Source: an uncultured Actinomycetes bacterium (lineage in GTDB: Bacteria; Actinomycetota; Actinomycetes; S36-B12; UBA10799). Taken from it: DNA of 64,000 nt. Positions within the stretch are counted from its first letter, which is position 1; every line of letters starts with the position of its first letter. A program made the translations under genes and the position numbers. The stretch spans positions 284,053-348,052 of the forward strand of contig CAMPEQ010000008.1 in NCBI GenBank assembly GCA_946803585.1. Direction: 5' to 3'. The notes under the pieces were generated by a model. It was not told the origin of the DNA, ran no database searches, and worked only from the letters and a program-made list of their open reading frames with translations. Positions 11,216-20,812 of this stretch are shown piece by piece.

Positions 11216-12780
11216 TGTTTGTAGTCCAAATCCTTGTAGTCCTGCGCTTCAAGCCGCTGCTTGGTCAAGTTAAAGCTCTCGATAGTCACCGGAACCGGCT
11301 GGTTCTCACCCACCGGGTTGTCGGAGTTCGTGCTATCGAAGTCCACCGAGCAGCCGGGCATCTCCTCCAACAACGCGTTAGCTACCTCGCTGTGCGCGGT
11401 TGGGATGACGTAGCGATCCTCGTACTTGGCGATTGCTAGTAGGTGGTACATCGCTTCTAGATCATCGATCGTCATTCCAGCTGCGGCCGCTATCTCGGGA
11501 TCGGCTGGCTCACCAAGATTCTTGGTGCGCATATGGGCCCGCATTGCTGCCAACTTTTGCAGCACATCATTGACGGGTTCGACGTCGCCAGCAGTGAAGA
11601 GCTCGGCTAGGTACTCGATCGGAATCCGCATAGCGTCAATCGCGCCAAACAGGTTGCCAATGTCCTCACCATCGTGACCGGTCTCGGTCAGTGCATCCAC
11701 GACCGGCGATAGCGGCGGGATGTACCAAACCATCGGCATCGTGCGGTACTCCGGATGTAGCGGCAGAGCTACGTTGTACTTACACGCCAAGTCGTACACC
11801 GGCGAGTTGCCGGCTGCTTCTAACCAGTCCTCCGGGATACCGTCCCGGCGAGCTGCGGCCAGCACCTCTGGATCGCGCGGATCAAGTAGTAGCGACTTCT
11901 GGGCCGCCATTAGTTGATGCTCATCCTCGACCGTTGCCGCCTCAGCGACGCGGTCAGCGTCGTAGAGAAACAGGCCCAGGTAACGCAGGCGACCCACACA
12001 CGTCTCCGAGCAAACCGTGGGCTGTCCTGCTTCTAGCCGCGGGTAGCACATCGTGCACTTCTCGGCCTTACCCGTTTTGTGGTTGAAGTAGATCTTCTTG
12101 TAGGGGCAACCCGACACACACATCCGCCAGCCGCGGCAGCTGTCTTGGTCGACTAGAACGATGCCGTCCTCTTCCCGCTTGTAGATCGCCCCTGACGGGC
12201 ACGACGCCACACATGAGGGGTTCAGGCAGTGTTCGCAGATCCGTGGCAGGTAGAACATGAAGGCCTGCTCGAACTCGAACTTGACCTTGTCCCCGAGCTT
12301 CTTGACGATCGGATCCTTGTGCCCGTGCTCTGGTGCGCCACCGAGGTCGTCGTCCCAGTTAGCCGACCAGGTCACCTTCATGTCCTTGTCGGTGATGAGT
12401 GACTTGGGTCGAGCGACCGGGAAGTCATCCCCCGCTGGGGCGTTAATCAGCACGTCGTAGTCATACGTCCACGGCTCGTAGTAGTCCTCGATTCCGGGCA
12501 ATCGAGGATTGCTGAAGATTGTCGAGAGTTTGTGGAGCCGCGAGCCACCCTTGAGGCGCAGGCGGCCTTTGCGATCGAGCTTCCAGCCACCCTTCCACTT
12601 CTCTTGATCCTCATAGCCGCGGGGGTAGCCCTGGCCGGGTCGCGTTTCAACATTGTTGAACCAGACGTACTCGACACCGCTGCGGTTAGTCCAGGCTTGT
12701 TTACAGGTAACGGAACAGGTGTGACACCCGATGCACTTGTCCAGGTTCATCACCATGCCCATTTGGGCCATAACTCTCAT
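11212..12780 (-). CDS. narH: Respiratory nitrate reductase beta subunit
   Basis: MNLDKCIGCHTCSVTCK and further ferredoxin-type Cys groups. Confidence 0.98.
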   Translation of the reverse strand: MRVMAQMGMVMNLDKCIGCHTCSVTCKQAWTNRSGVEYVWFNNVETRPGQGYPRGYEDQEKWKGGWKLDRKGRLRLKGGSRLHKLSTIFSNPRLPGIEDYYEPWTYDYDVLINAPAGDDFPVARPKSLITDKDMKVTWSANWDDDLGGAPEHGHKDPIVKKLGDKVKFEFEQAFMFYLPRICEHCLNPSCVASCPSGAIYKREEDGIVLVDQDSCRGWRMCVSGCPYKKIYFNHKTGKAEKCTMCYPRLEAGQPTVCSETCVGRLRYLGLFLYDADRVAEAATVEDEHQLMAAQKSLLLDPRDPEVLAAARRDGIPEDWLEAAGNSPVYDLACKYNVALPLHPEYRTMPMVWYIPPLSPVVDALTETGHDGEDIGNLFGAIDAMRIPIEYLAELFTAGDVEPVNDVLQKLAAMRAHMRTKNLGEPADPEIAAAAGMTIDDLEAMYHLLAIAKYEDRYVIPTAHSEVANALLEEMPGCSVDFDSTNSDNPVGENQPVPVTIESFNLTKQRLEAQDYKDLDYKQ

Positions 12781-12842
12781 TTGCTAACCACCTTGTGTGA
12801 GCAGTATTGGTTTTGGTCGCACCTAATGCGCGGGTTCGACAT

Positions 12843-15800
12843 TTAGTACTCGACCTCCTGAGAGCGGCGACGGATCACAGTGACCTCGTCGCGTTGGTTA
12901 CCCGTTGGCCCGTAGTAGTTGAAGCCATAGGACAGCTGCGCGTAGCCGCCAATGAGGTGCGAGGGCTTCATCAGTAGTCGAGTCAGTGAGTTGTGGATTC
13001 CACCGCGCCTACCACTGGCCTCGGCCTTGGGAACATCGATCAGTCGATCCTTCGCGTGGTACATGTAGACCGTGCCCTCCGGCATACGGTGAGACACGAC
13101 CGCCCGGGCAACGACAACACCGTTGCGGTTTGCCGACTCAATCCAGTCGTTGTCTTTGATCCCGGCCTTCGCCGCGTCCTCTTTGGAGATCCAGATATCG
13201 GGTCCGCCGCGGGAGAGCGAGAGCATAAACAGGTTGTCCTGGTACTCCGAGTGAATCGACCATTTTGAGTGTGGAGTCAGGTACCGAACCGTCACTTCCA
13301 GGGCACCGTCGACCCCACTGGTGGGGGCTCCGAAGAGTCGGTTCATCTGCAGCGGTGGCCGGTATGCGGGCAACCATTCGCCGAGCTCAGCCATCCAATC
13401 GTGGTCGAGGAAGTAGTGCTGGCGTCCCGTCAAGGTGTGCCATGGCTTAAGCCGCTCGACATTGATGGTGAACGGCGAATAGCGGCGGCCACCGTGTTCG
13501 CTGCCGGACCACTCATGTGACGTGATAACCGGCTGAGGCCGCGCTTGGGTATCAGCGAACCGAATCTGCGTCCCCTCATGGTCCTGCGCCAGGTCCGCAA
13601 GTTCATGGCCTGTCCTTTTCTGCAGTTCCGTGAATCCCGCGACGGCAATCCGGCCGTTGGTGGTGCCGGAGAGCGCCAGGATCGCCTCACAGGCCTGCTT
13701 CGCCTCGTTCAGGCGAGGGCGACCATCGGCGATGCCACCCTTGACTGTTCCGTTGATGTCTTTAAGACGTTCAACCTCGCGTACTGGCTTCAAGGTGATG
13801 CCCTTGACGACCGTGCCCAGGTTCTCGACGTTGGGCCCGAGCGCGGTCATCTTCGCAGCGACCGCTCCGTAGTCCCGCTCAACAGTCACGAGGTTCGGCA
13901 TGGTGACCCCGGGTATGGGTTCACACTCGCCTAGCTTCCAGTCCCGAACGACCCCGCCCGGCTGTTTCGTCTCCCCGGGAGTGTCGTGCAGAAGCGGAGC
14001 GGCCACGACGTCGGTACGCACTCCGAGGTGCTGCTTTGCCAGGCGGCTAAACGCCTTGGACATCGCGACAAATGTGTCGTAGTCAGTGCTGGTCTCCCAC
14101 GGCGGATCGATTGCCGCACTGAAAGCATGGATAAACGGATGCATATCTGTCGTGTTCAGATCCTCCTTCTCGTACCAGGTTGCGGCAGGTAGAAGGATGT
14201 CCGAGAAGATCCCGGTCGAGGTCATCCGGAAGTCGAGTGAGACGAGCAGGTCGAGTTTTCCGATGGGGGCATCCTCCCGCCACTGGACATCGACGGGACG
14301 TTCACCCTCGGGTGCTTCTTGGGCCTTCACCTGATTGGCAGTTCCCAGCAAATGGCGCAGGAAGTACTCATTTCCCTTACTCGATGAGCCGAGCAGATTC
14401 GCCCGCCAGACCGTCATCACCCGCGGCCAATTCTCGGGTGCATCAGGATCCTCGGCAGCGAACTTCAGCTCATTGGCCTGCAGCGCTTTGACAATGAAGT
14501 CAGCCACAGGAGTTCCTTCAGCAGTAGCTTGATCGACGATGTCCAGCGGATTCTGATTGAACGTCGGATAGCTCGGCAGCCAACCCATCCGTGCACTCTT
14601 GGCCAAACAATCGGCCATCTTCATATCCTTGAACAGGCCCTTACCCAGCGGCGTTGCGAGCTCGCTGGCACCCATCGTGTCGTAGCGGTACTGACCGGTT
14701 GCGGTGTAGAAGAACGCAGTCCCCGCCATCTGCCGGGGCGGGCGCTGCCAGTCCGCTGCCGAGGCAAGCTGGGCCCACCCAGTAAACGGCCGACACTTCT
14801 CCTGACCGACGTAGTGAGCCCAACCGCCGCCGTTTACTCCTTGGCAGCCAGTCAAGGTCACGAGAGAAATAATCGCTCGGTACGTCTCGTCAGAGTGGAA
14901 CCAATGGTTCGTTCCAGCGCCCAGGGCAATCATTGACCGCCCGCCGGACCTATCGGCATTGTGGGCGAACTCGCGAGCCACCCGCGTCACGGTGCTAGCG
15001 GGGACAGAGGTGATTTCTTCTTGCCAGGCGGGGGTATACGGCTGGGAGGTGTCGTCATAGGACGACGGCCAGTCTCCCGGTAGCCCGTCGCGACCGACGC
15101 CGTACGAGGCGAGCATGAGGTCGAGCACTGTGGTGACGAGGCGATCACCGACCTTGCGTACCGGCACGCCTCGACGCATAACGCCGCCGCCTTCGCTCGT
15201 CTCCTGAGCAATATCGAAGCGAGGAAGATCGAGTTCGACCGAGTCACCCTCGCCATCGTTGTACAGGCTCAGTAGTGGATCTACGTCTTCTAGATCAAGA
15301 TTCCATTTGCCAATCCCCGATTCGGTGTAGCGGAAGCCAAGGGAGCCGTTCGGCACCACGATGTCGTTGGTCTTCGCATCGATTAGGGCCGTCTTCAGCT
15401 CGGGCTGTTCGCCCTCATGTCCGAGATCTGCTGCGGTTAAGAAGCGGTCGGGTACGTAGACCCCTGGGGTGTGTTCGCGAAGTGTTACTAGGTTTGGAAG
15501 GTCGGTATAAGTCTTGCTGTACTCCTGGAAACGCGGCACCTGCTTCTTCACATAGAACTCGTTGAGAATCACGTGACCCATAGCCATGGCGACTGCGCCG
15601 TCCGTGCCCGGATGAGCGGACATCCAGGTGTCGGCGAACTTCGTGTTATCCGCGTAGTCAGGACTGACCACAACCACCTTCTGACCGCGGTAGCGAGCCT
15701 CGGTCATGAAGTGGGCATCCGGAGTTCGGGTCACCGGGATGTTCGAGCCCCACATGATCAGGTAGGCAGCGTTCCACCAATCAGCGCTCTCGGGAACGTC

Positions 15801-16553
15801 TGTTTGATCGCCCCAGATCTGCGGTGACGCTACCGGGAGGTCGGCGTACCAGTCATAGAACGACAGCATGGTGCCGCCCAACAAACTGGTGTAGCGAGCG
15901 CCCGACGCGTGCGATGCCATCGACATCGCCGGAATTGGGGAGAACCCGGCGACCCGGTCTGGTCCGTACTTCTTAATCGTGTGGACCTGCGCGGCCGCGG
16001 TAATCTCCAGCGCCTCGGCCCATGATGTTCGAACTAGCCCGCCTTTACCGCGACCCGATTGGTAGCGCTTGCGCTTCTCAGGGTCCTGGGTGACCTCAGA
16101 CCACGCGAGGACTGGATCTCCGAGGCGAGCCTTCGCCTCCCGGTACATCTCCAGCAACGTTGCCCGAGCGTAAGGGAATCGAACTCGCGTGGGCGAGTAG
16201 GTGTACCAGCTGAAAGCTGCACCACGGGGGCAGCCGCGCGGTTCGTACTCCGGGGAGTCCGGGCCGACACTGGGGTAGTCCGTCTCCTGGGTTTCCCAGG
16301 TGATGATGCCGTCCTTGACGTAGACCTTCCACGAGCATGATCCAGTGCAGTTGACACCGTGGGTGGATCTAACGATCTTGTCGTGGCTCCATCGATCGCG
16401 ATAGAACACATCGGCTTGGCGCCCACCCTTTTTGTGGATCGTCCGCAGGTCATCGGAGACCTCGTCGCGGCTCACCCACCGGCGGGTACGTAACAACGAA
16501 TCGGTGATGTTGCCATCAATCTCGCCGGTACCTTCGGTCGCTTCGGTTGTCAT
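12843..16553 (-). CDS. narG: Respiratory nitrate reductase alpha subunit
   Basis: RSTHGVNCTGSCSW, SFYDWYADLP, GFNYYGPTGNQRD; 1236 aa. Confidence 0.98.
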   Translation of the reverse strand: MTTEATEGTGEIDGNITDSLLRTRRWVSRDEVSDDLRTIHKKGGRQADVFYRDRWSHDKIVRSTHGVNCTGSCSWKVYVKDGIITWETQETDYPSVGPDSPEYEPRGCPRGAAFSWYTYSPTRVRFPYARATLLEMYREAKARLGDPVLAWSEVTQDPEKRKRYQSGRGKGGLVRTSWAEALEITAAAQVHTIKKYGPDRVAGFSPIPAMSMASHASGARYTSLLGGTMLSFYDWYADLPVASPQIWGDQTDVPESADWWNAAYLIMWGSNIPVTRTPDAHFMTEARYRGQKVVVVSPDYADNTKFADTWMSAHPGTDGAVAMAMGHVILNEFYVKKQVPRFQEYSKTYTDLPNLVTLREHTPGVYVPDRFLTAADLGHEGEQPELKTALIDAKTNDIVVPNGSLGFRYTESGIGKWNLDLEDVDPLLSLYNDGEGDSVELDLPRFDIAQETSEGGGVMRRGVPVRKVGDRLVTTVLDLMLASYGVGRDGLPGDWPSSYDDTSQPYTPAWQEEITSVPASTVTRVAREFAHNADRSGGRSMIALGAGTNHWFHSDETYRAIISLVTLTGCQGVNGGGWAHYVGQEKCRPFTGWAQLASAADWQRPPRQMAGTAFFYTATGQYRYDTMGASELATPLGKGLFKDMKMADCLAKSARMGWLPSYPTFNQNPLDIVDQATAEGTPVADFIVKALQANELKFAAEDPDAPENWPRVMTVWRANLLGSSSKGNEYFLRHLLGTANQVKAQEAPEGERPVDVQWREDAPIGKLDLLVSLDFRMTSTGIFSDILLPAATWYEKEDLNTTDMHPFIHAFSAAIDPPWETSTDYDTFVAMSKAFSRLAKQHLGVRTDVVAAPLLHDTPGETKQPGGVVRDWKLGECEPIPGVTMPNLVTVERDYGAVAAKMTALGPNVENLGTVVKGITLKPVREVERLKDINGTVKGGIADGRPRLNEAKQACEAILALSGTTNGRIAVAGFTELQKRTGHELADLAQDHEGTQIRFADTQARPQPVITSHEWSGSEHGGRRYSPFTINVERLKPWHTLTGRQHYFLDHDWMAELGEWLPAYRPPLQMNRLFGAPTSGVDGALEVTVRYLTPHSKWSIHSEYQDNLFMLSLSRGGPDIWISKEDAAKAGIKDNDWIESANRNGVVVARAVVSHRMPEGTVYMYHAKDRLIDVPKAEASGRRGGIHNSLTRLLMKPSHLIGGYAQLSYGFNYYGPTGNQRDEVTVIRRRSQEVEY

Positions 16554-17353
16554 TACGACACCTCTGTCTCTAGTCGAACGGTTCTAGTGGATTCGGAATC
16601 GTCGTTACGATCCGCAGCACTTAGGTCTGGTGCATCTTCGAGGAGAAGGACGCAGGCACCAGGTTCAGCAAAGGCCTCCATCTGCAACGCCACTGCATCG
16701 GTTGCCTTCCGGCTCGCGACTCCCCGGAGCATCCCGAGGTGGGCGTTGCAAACAACCTCTGGGCTTCGCACTGCGGCGTCCAACAACGGGCATCGACGCA
16801 GCCTGACGCGAGTCGCGCTATCGGGCTCTGTCGGCGCCACCTCGGGAGAAAATCCAAGTTCGTCAAGCGTCGTTAAGACGAGGTCTCGAGTTGCTTTCGG
16901 CGCCGATACCTCGCGGGGAGCTAGCGATTCACCCCACGCGTAGCCAGCCTCAAGCGCGGCTTGGGCGGGGTCTGGCGCGGTTCGCTCGATGTAGGCCGCC
17001 AATGCGTCAGCCAACCCCATGTACTCGCGCACTCGCGGATCGGGTTCGAACGACTCAACGGCTGCGTAGAGGGCGGCGGGTCGTCCCCTCCCCGTGGGGG
17101 CAGCCGATGTTCGGTCGATGTAACGGCGATCAATGAGCGCATCGAGGTGTTCCCGAACCGTGTTGGCGTGGAGGTCTAGCTGGTGGGCGATCGTGGCTAC
17201 CGTGACCGGTTCATTTTGCCGCTGAACGACCTCGAGTACGGCGGCGCGCTGAGCGGAGATCGCCTCACCCGGGAGCACTCCCAGTGCTCTGGCTGGACCC
17301 GGTCGATTATTCACGGAAATAACCGTATTATATTGGCTACCCGGATCCACCAC
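16553..17353 (-). CDS. HTH transcriptional regulator with C-terminal Cys triad (ArnR/SufR-like)
   Basis: LHANTVREHL, GRGRP, CP-x12-C-x31-C; TAATG overlap with narG; true start may be GTG 17314. Confidence 0.8.
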   Translation of the reverse strand: MVDPGSQYNTVISVNNRPGPARALGVLPGEAISAQRAAVLEVVQRQNEPVTVATIAHQLDLHANTVREHLDALIDRRYIDRTSAAPTGRGRPAALYAAVESFEPDPRVREYMGLADALAAYIERTAPDPAQAALEAGYAWGESLAPREVSAPKATRDLVLTTLDELGFSPEVAPTEPDSATRVRLRRCPLLDAAVRSPEVVCNAHLGMLRGVASRKATDAVALQMEAFAEPGACVLLLEDAPDLSAADRNDDSESTRTVRLETEVS

Positions 17354-17383
17354 CGGGTTCAGATTTCTCTTTGGGAGGCAAAC

Positions 17384-17761
17384 ATGTCCGAAGGCTCAAC
17401 CGACCTCAACCCCACCGGACGACCCGAGATCCCATTGCTCGGCACTACCTCGGACTGCGGCTGCGGCGGAGACCACTCCGAGTCCTCAAGCGAGGGAACA
17501 TCTGACCTACCCGAGGTACTTGCGCCTGCCGCAGACGGCAGTCCAGTCCTGGACGTGCGAAACGTCCCCCACTCAATCCGGCACGCGACGGTGTTCGGCG
17601 CGGTTGACTCGATTCGCAGCGGGCACAGCTTGGTTTTGGTCGCCCCGCACGATCCGCTACCCCTACTCAAGCAGCTATCCGAACGCCACGACGGTGCCTT
17701 TGCCGTCAGCTACGAGGTATCCGGACCAGACGCATGGCGACTGCGATTGAGTCGATCATGA
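17384..17761 (+). CDS. DUF2249 domain protein with N-terminal CGCG motif
   Basis: LDVRNVPHSIRHATVFGA...APHDPLPLL...GPDAWRL; GGGAGG RBS before ATG 17384. Confidence 0.8.
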   Translation: MSEGSTDLNPTGRPEIPLLGTTSDCGCGGDHSESSSEGTSDLPEVLAPAADGSPVLDVRNVPHSIRHATVFGAVDSIRSGHSLVLVAPHDPLPLLKQLSERHDGAFAVSYEVSGPDAWRLRLSRS

Positions 17762-18585
17762 GTGCGGGTACGAACATCCAGGCTGGGAGATCGGCACCCG
17801 CAGTAAAGCGCCCCGCTCGCAAGGTCTCGTACTTTCCACCCCAACACGGTGGCTGGGCATTCCTCGGACTACCGATCGCTCTCGGGCTAACTGTCGCCCC
17901 CTGGTCGTGGCTACTCGTGACGGCCAGCATCGCGGCGGTTGCTGCCTTCCCGCTCGCGCACTTCACCACCGCATTCATTCGTTACCCGAACCGCGATAAG
18001 TACAAGCCCCCACTAGCGATATGGGCCACCGTCTTTGTCCCGTTTGCGCTGCTAACGCTGGCTACCAACCCGTGGCTCCTCCTCGTCGGAATCGCCTATG
18101 CAGTGATCTTTGCTGTGAACGTTGCGCTCGCGACTCACGGCCAAGAGCGCTCAATGCTCAACGACACTGTGTTCATCATCGAGTGCGTCGCACTGATTCC
18201 CGTTCTCTGGGCGATCGGCGTCGACCAGGTGGTCGGCTCCCCACCGTCGTTCTTTGCCTTGCCCCCTGCGGTTTGGCTCGCAATGGCGATGGCGTTCATG
18301 GCGATGGTCGGATCTACCTTGCATGTGAAGTCGCTGATTCGCGAGCGAGCAAATCCACGGTACCGGTGGTACTCCCTGGTGTGGGCAGTTGCCTCAATCG
18401 GCGTCGCGGCGATTCTGGGCTGGACACTTGGCGTCAACATTGCTGCTGTCTCACTGCCGTTTGTCTTCCTCGCAGGTAGGTCGATCGCGCTTGGTGACAC
18501 ACCGCGAAAACCAGGTGTTCTGGGCATGGTGGAGCTCGTGGGGTTCATTCTTGTCCTACTGGGATTTGCGCTATGCGGGGCCTAG
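17758..18585 (+). CDS. YwiC-like membrane protein
   Basis: PPQHGGWAFL, HVKSLIRER, GMVE; multiple TM segments; ATGA overlap with the DUF2249 gene. Confidence 0.8.
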   Translation: MSAGTNIQAGRSAPAVKRPARKVSYFPPQHGGWAFLGLPIALGLTVAPWSWLLVTASIAAVAAFPLAHFTTAFIRYPNRDKYKPPLAIWATVFVPFALLTLATNPWLLLVGIAYAVIFAVNVALATHGQERSMLNDTVFIIECVALIPVLWAIGVDQVVGSPPSFFALPPAVWLAMAMAFMAMVGSTLHVKSLIRERANPRYRWYSLVWAVASIGVAAILGWTLGVNIAAVSLPFVFLAGRSIALGDTPRKPGVLGMVELVGFILVLLGFALCGA

Positions 18586-18647
18586 CTGAGCGCAGCGACA
18601 CCGACTCCCGATCCATGACGGATGCCGGCGGCACCTACGGTGGTCCT

Positions 18648-19661
18648 ATGTCGGCCCCCCGCACTCCTGCGCTGCGTCTGACGGACAAGCACGGCCGCAC
18701 GGCCTACGACTTGCGCGTCTCCCTCACCGATAAGTGCAATCTGCGCTGCACCTACTGCATGCCCGCCGAGGGTTTGGAATGGCTAGCTAAACCAGAGTTG
18801 CTCTCTGACGATGAGATCGTGCGACTAGTCGCAGTGGGCACTGAGATCCTCGGCATCACCGATGTGCGGCTCACAGGGGGAGAGCCGCTCCTGCGTCCCT
18901 CACTAGTAGACATCGTCGGCAGAATCAGCGCCCTACCAGCCCGGCCTGCAGTTTCCCTCACCACAAACGGGATCGGGTTAGCGCGCCTGGCCAAGCCGCT
19001 CGCGGCGGCTGGCCTGGACCGGATCAATGTCTCGCTGGACACCTTGCAGCGGGATCGCTTCGTTGCACTTACTCGTCGCGATCGGATTGACGATGTCTTC
19101 GACGGCCTACAGGCCGCAGCCGCAGCTGGTCTGTCCCCTGTCAAGGTGAACTCCGTATTGATGCGGGGAGTCAACGATGACGAGGCGGCCGACCTCCTCG
19201 AATTCTGCCTCGAACACGACTACGCGCTGCGCTTTATCGAGCAAATGCCTCTTGACCCAATGCATGGCTGGAACCGCGACATGATGGTGACCGGCAGCGA
19301 GATATTCGATCAAGTCAGTACCAAGCACGTGCTCACTGCTGCCAAGGCCGATCGCGGATCCTCCCCGGCAAACTTGTGGCGGATCGATAACACGGAGGCG
19401 ACTGTAGGAATCATCGCCTCCGTCTCTGCACCCTTCTGTGGTGCTTGCGATCGGACCCGGTTGACAGCCGACGGTCAGATCCGAAACTGTCTCTTCGCTC
19501 GCGAAGAATCCGACCTCCGCGACGCAATGCGAGCAGGAGCTACTGACGAAGAACTAGCCCACCGCTGGATTGCAGCAACCGTAACGAAAGCGGCTGGGCA
19601 CGGAATCGACGATCCGACCTTCCTCCAACCACAACGGCCGATGTCGGCGATCGGCGGCTGA
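18648..19661 (+). CDS. moaA: GTP 3',8-cyclase (radical SAM)
   Basis: DLRVSLTDKCNLRCTYCMP, FCGACDRTRLTADG, C-terminal MSAIGG; start set at ATG 18648. Confidence 0.97.
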   Translation: MSAPRTPALRLTDKHGRTAYDLRVSLTDKCNLRCTYCMPAEGLEWLAKPELLSDDEIVRLVAVGTEILGITDVRLTGGEPLLRPSLVDIVGRISALPARPAVSLTTNGIGLARLAKPLAAAGLDRINVSLDTLQRDRFVALTRRDRIDDVFDGLQAAAAAGLSPVKVNSVLMRGVNDDEAADLLEFCLEHDYALRFIEQMPLDPMHGWNRDMMVTGSEIFDQVSTKHVLTAAKADRGSSPANLWRIDNTEATVGIIASVSAPFCGACDRTRLTADGQIRNCLFAREESDLRDAMRAGATDEELAHRWIAATVTKAAGHGIDDPTFLQPQRPMSAIGG

Positions 19662-19662
19662 G

Positions 19663-19902
19663 GTGATCACGATCCAGTACTTTGCCGGAGCTCGCGCCGC
19701 GACCGGAATCGCCAGCGAGCAACTCGAATCGGGGCCACTTGCTGAGGTTCTCGCCCGCGCCATCGATCGGCACGGACCGGAGCTAGCACGGATCTTCTCA
19801 GCGAGCACCTATCTACTCGACGGAACGAACATCCGCGATACGTCTACGCTGATTGCTGACGGGAACACACTGGATATTCTGCCGCCTTTTGCAGGTGGCT
19901 AG
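19663..19902 (+). CDS. moaD: Molybdopterin synthase sulfur carrier
   Basis: YFAGAR...ILPPFAGG C-terminal Gly-Gly. Confidence 0.93.
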   Translation: MITIQYFAGARAATGIASEQLESGPLAEVLARAIDRHGPELARIFSASTYLLDGTNIRDTSTLIADGNTLDILPPFAGG

Positions 19903-20333
19903 GGGCAGTTGACCCATTCGGTTCGTCCGTCGGCAAAGGTCTGCTCCTTCCAGATTGGCAACTGGACCTTGACCTCTTCGACGAGCCAACTACACGTCTC
20001 AATCGCAGGCTGGCGATGCGCAGCGGAAATTGCGACTACGAGGGCGGCATCTGAGATCGCTAACGGGCCGATCCGGTGAGACACGGCAACTGCTCCGACG
20101 CCTGATCGCGCCGAAGCTTGCTTGGCGAGATCCATGATGATGTCCGCCGCGCCCGGGTGAGCGGAATACTCCAGCGCCGTCACCGCCCGCTGATGATCGT
20201 GATTACGCACGACCCCGGCAAAGGCTGATACTGCCCCGAACTCGACCGATTCAACGGCCGCTATGTGCTCGTGGACGTGGATCGGATCCGTGGTTACTGC
20301 TGCGATCGCGACCTGCGGGCTTGACTCACCCAT
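19899..20333 (-). CDS. moaE: Molybdopterin synthase catalytic subunit
   Basis: FAGVVRNHD, LEYSAHP, HRIG, PIWKEQ; start at ATG 20333. Confidence 0.93.
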   Translation of the reverse strand: MGESSPQVAIAAVTTDPIHVHEHIAAVESVEFGAVSAFAGVVRNHDHQRAVTALEYSAHPGAADIIMDLAKQASARSGVGAVAVSHRIGPLAISDAALVVAISAAHRQPAIETCSWLVEEVKVQLPIWKEQTFADGRTEWVNCP

Positions 20334-20799
20334 GGTCGCCGCCTTGCAGTTGGTCGATAGCGTGCACCAGGATTGGCTCGAGAACGGCCAGAGACTCAAG
20401 GACAGCACGCCGCGATCCGGGAAGGTTGACAATCAACGTCTCCCCAACCGTTCCGGCGATTCCGCGAGAGAGCGCGGCGGTTGGCACCACATCCCATGAC
20501 CGGGAACGAATCAGGTCAGCAATCCCCGGGACTTCCCGATCGACGACTTGCCTTGTCTGCTCCGGAGTTAGGTCCGTCGGTGAGATCCCGGTACCGCCGC
20601 AGGTGATAACTAGCGACGACCGGGCTACCTCCTGCCGCAGGACGTCCGCGATCCCCTCCCCATCAGATACACAAAGTGCTGATTGAACGTGAAAGCCGCG
20701 AGCGCGCAGGAACTCGACTGCCGCTGGGCCTGCCGTGTCCTCGTACTCACCGGTGCTGGCACGGGTGGAAACGGTGATCACACTTGCTGGGTAGACCAT
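20326..20799 (-). CDS. MogA/MoaB-family molybdopterin adenylyltransferase
   Basis: ITVSTR, GGTGISPTDLTPE, LSRG, NLPGS. Confidence 0.92.
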   Translation of the reverse strand: MVYPASVITVSTRASTGEYEDTAGPAAVEFLRARGFHVQSALCVSDGEGIADVLRQEVARSSLVITCGGTGISPTDLTPEQTRQVVDREVPGIADLIRSRSWDVVPTAALSRGIAGTVGETLIVNLPGSRRAVLESLAVLEPILVHAIDQLQGGDHG

Positions 20800-20812
20800 G
20801 GGTCAATCGTAA

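Noticed and set aside
16470-16500. RR pair near the NarG N-terminus as a Tat signal
   Set aside because: No hydrophobic region follows; vestigial RR-like motifs are known in cytoplasm-facing NarG, and narI/narK are present.
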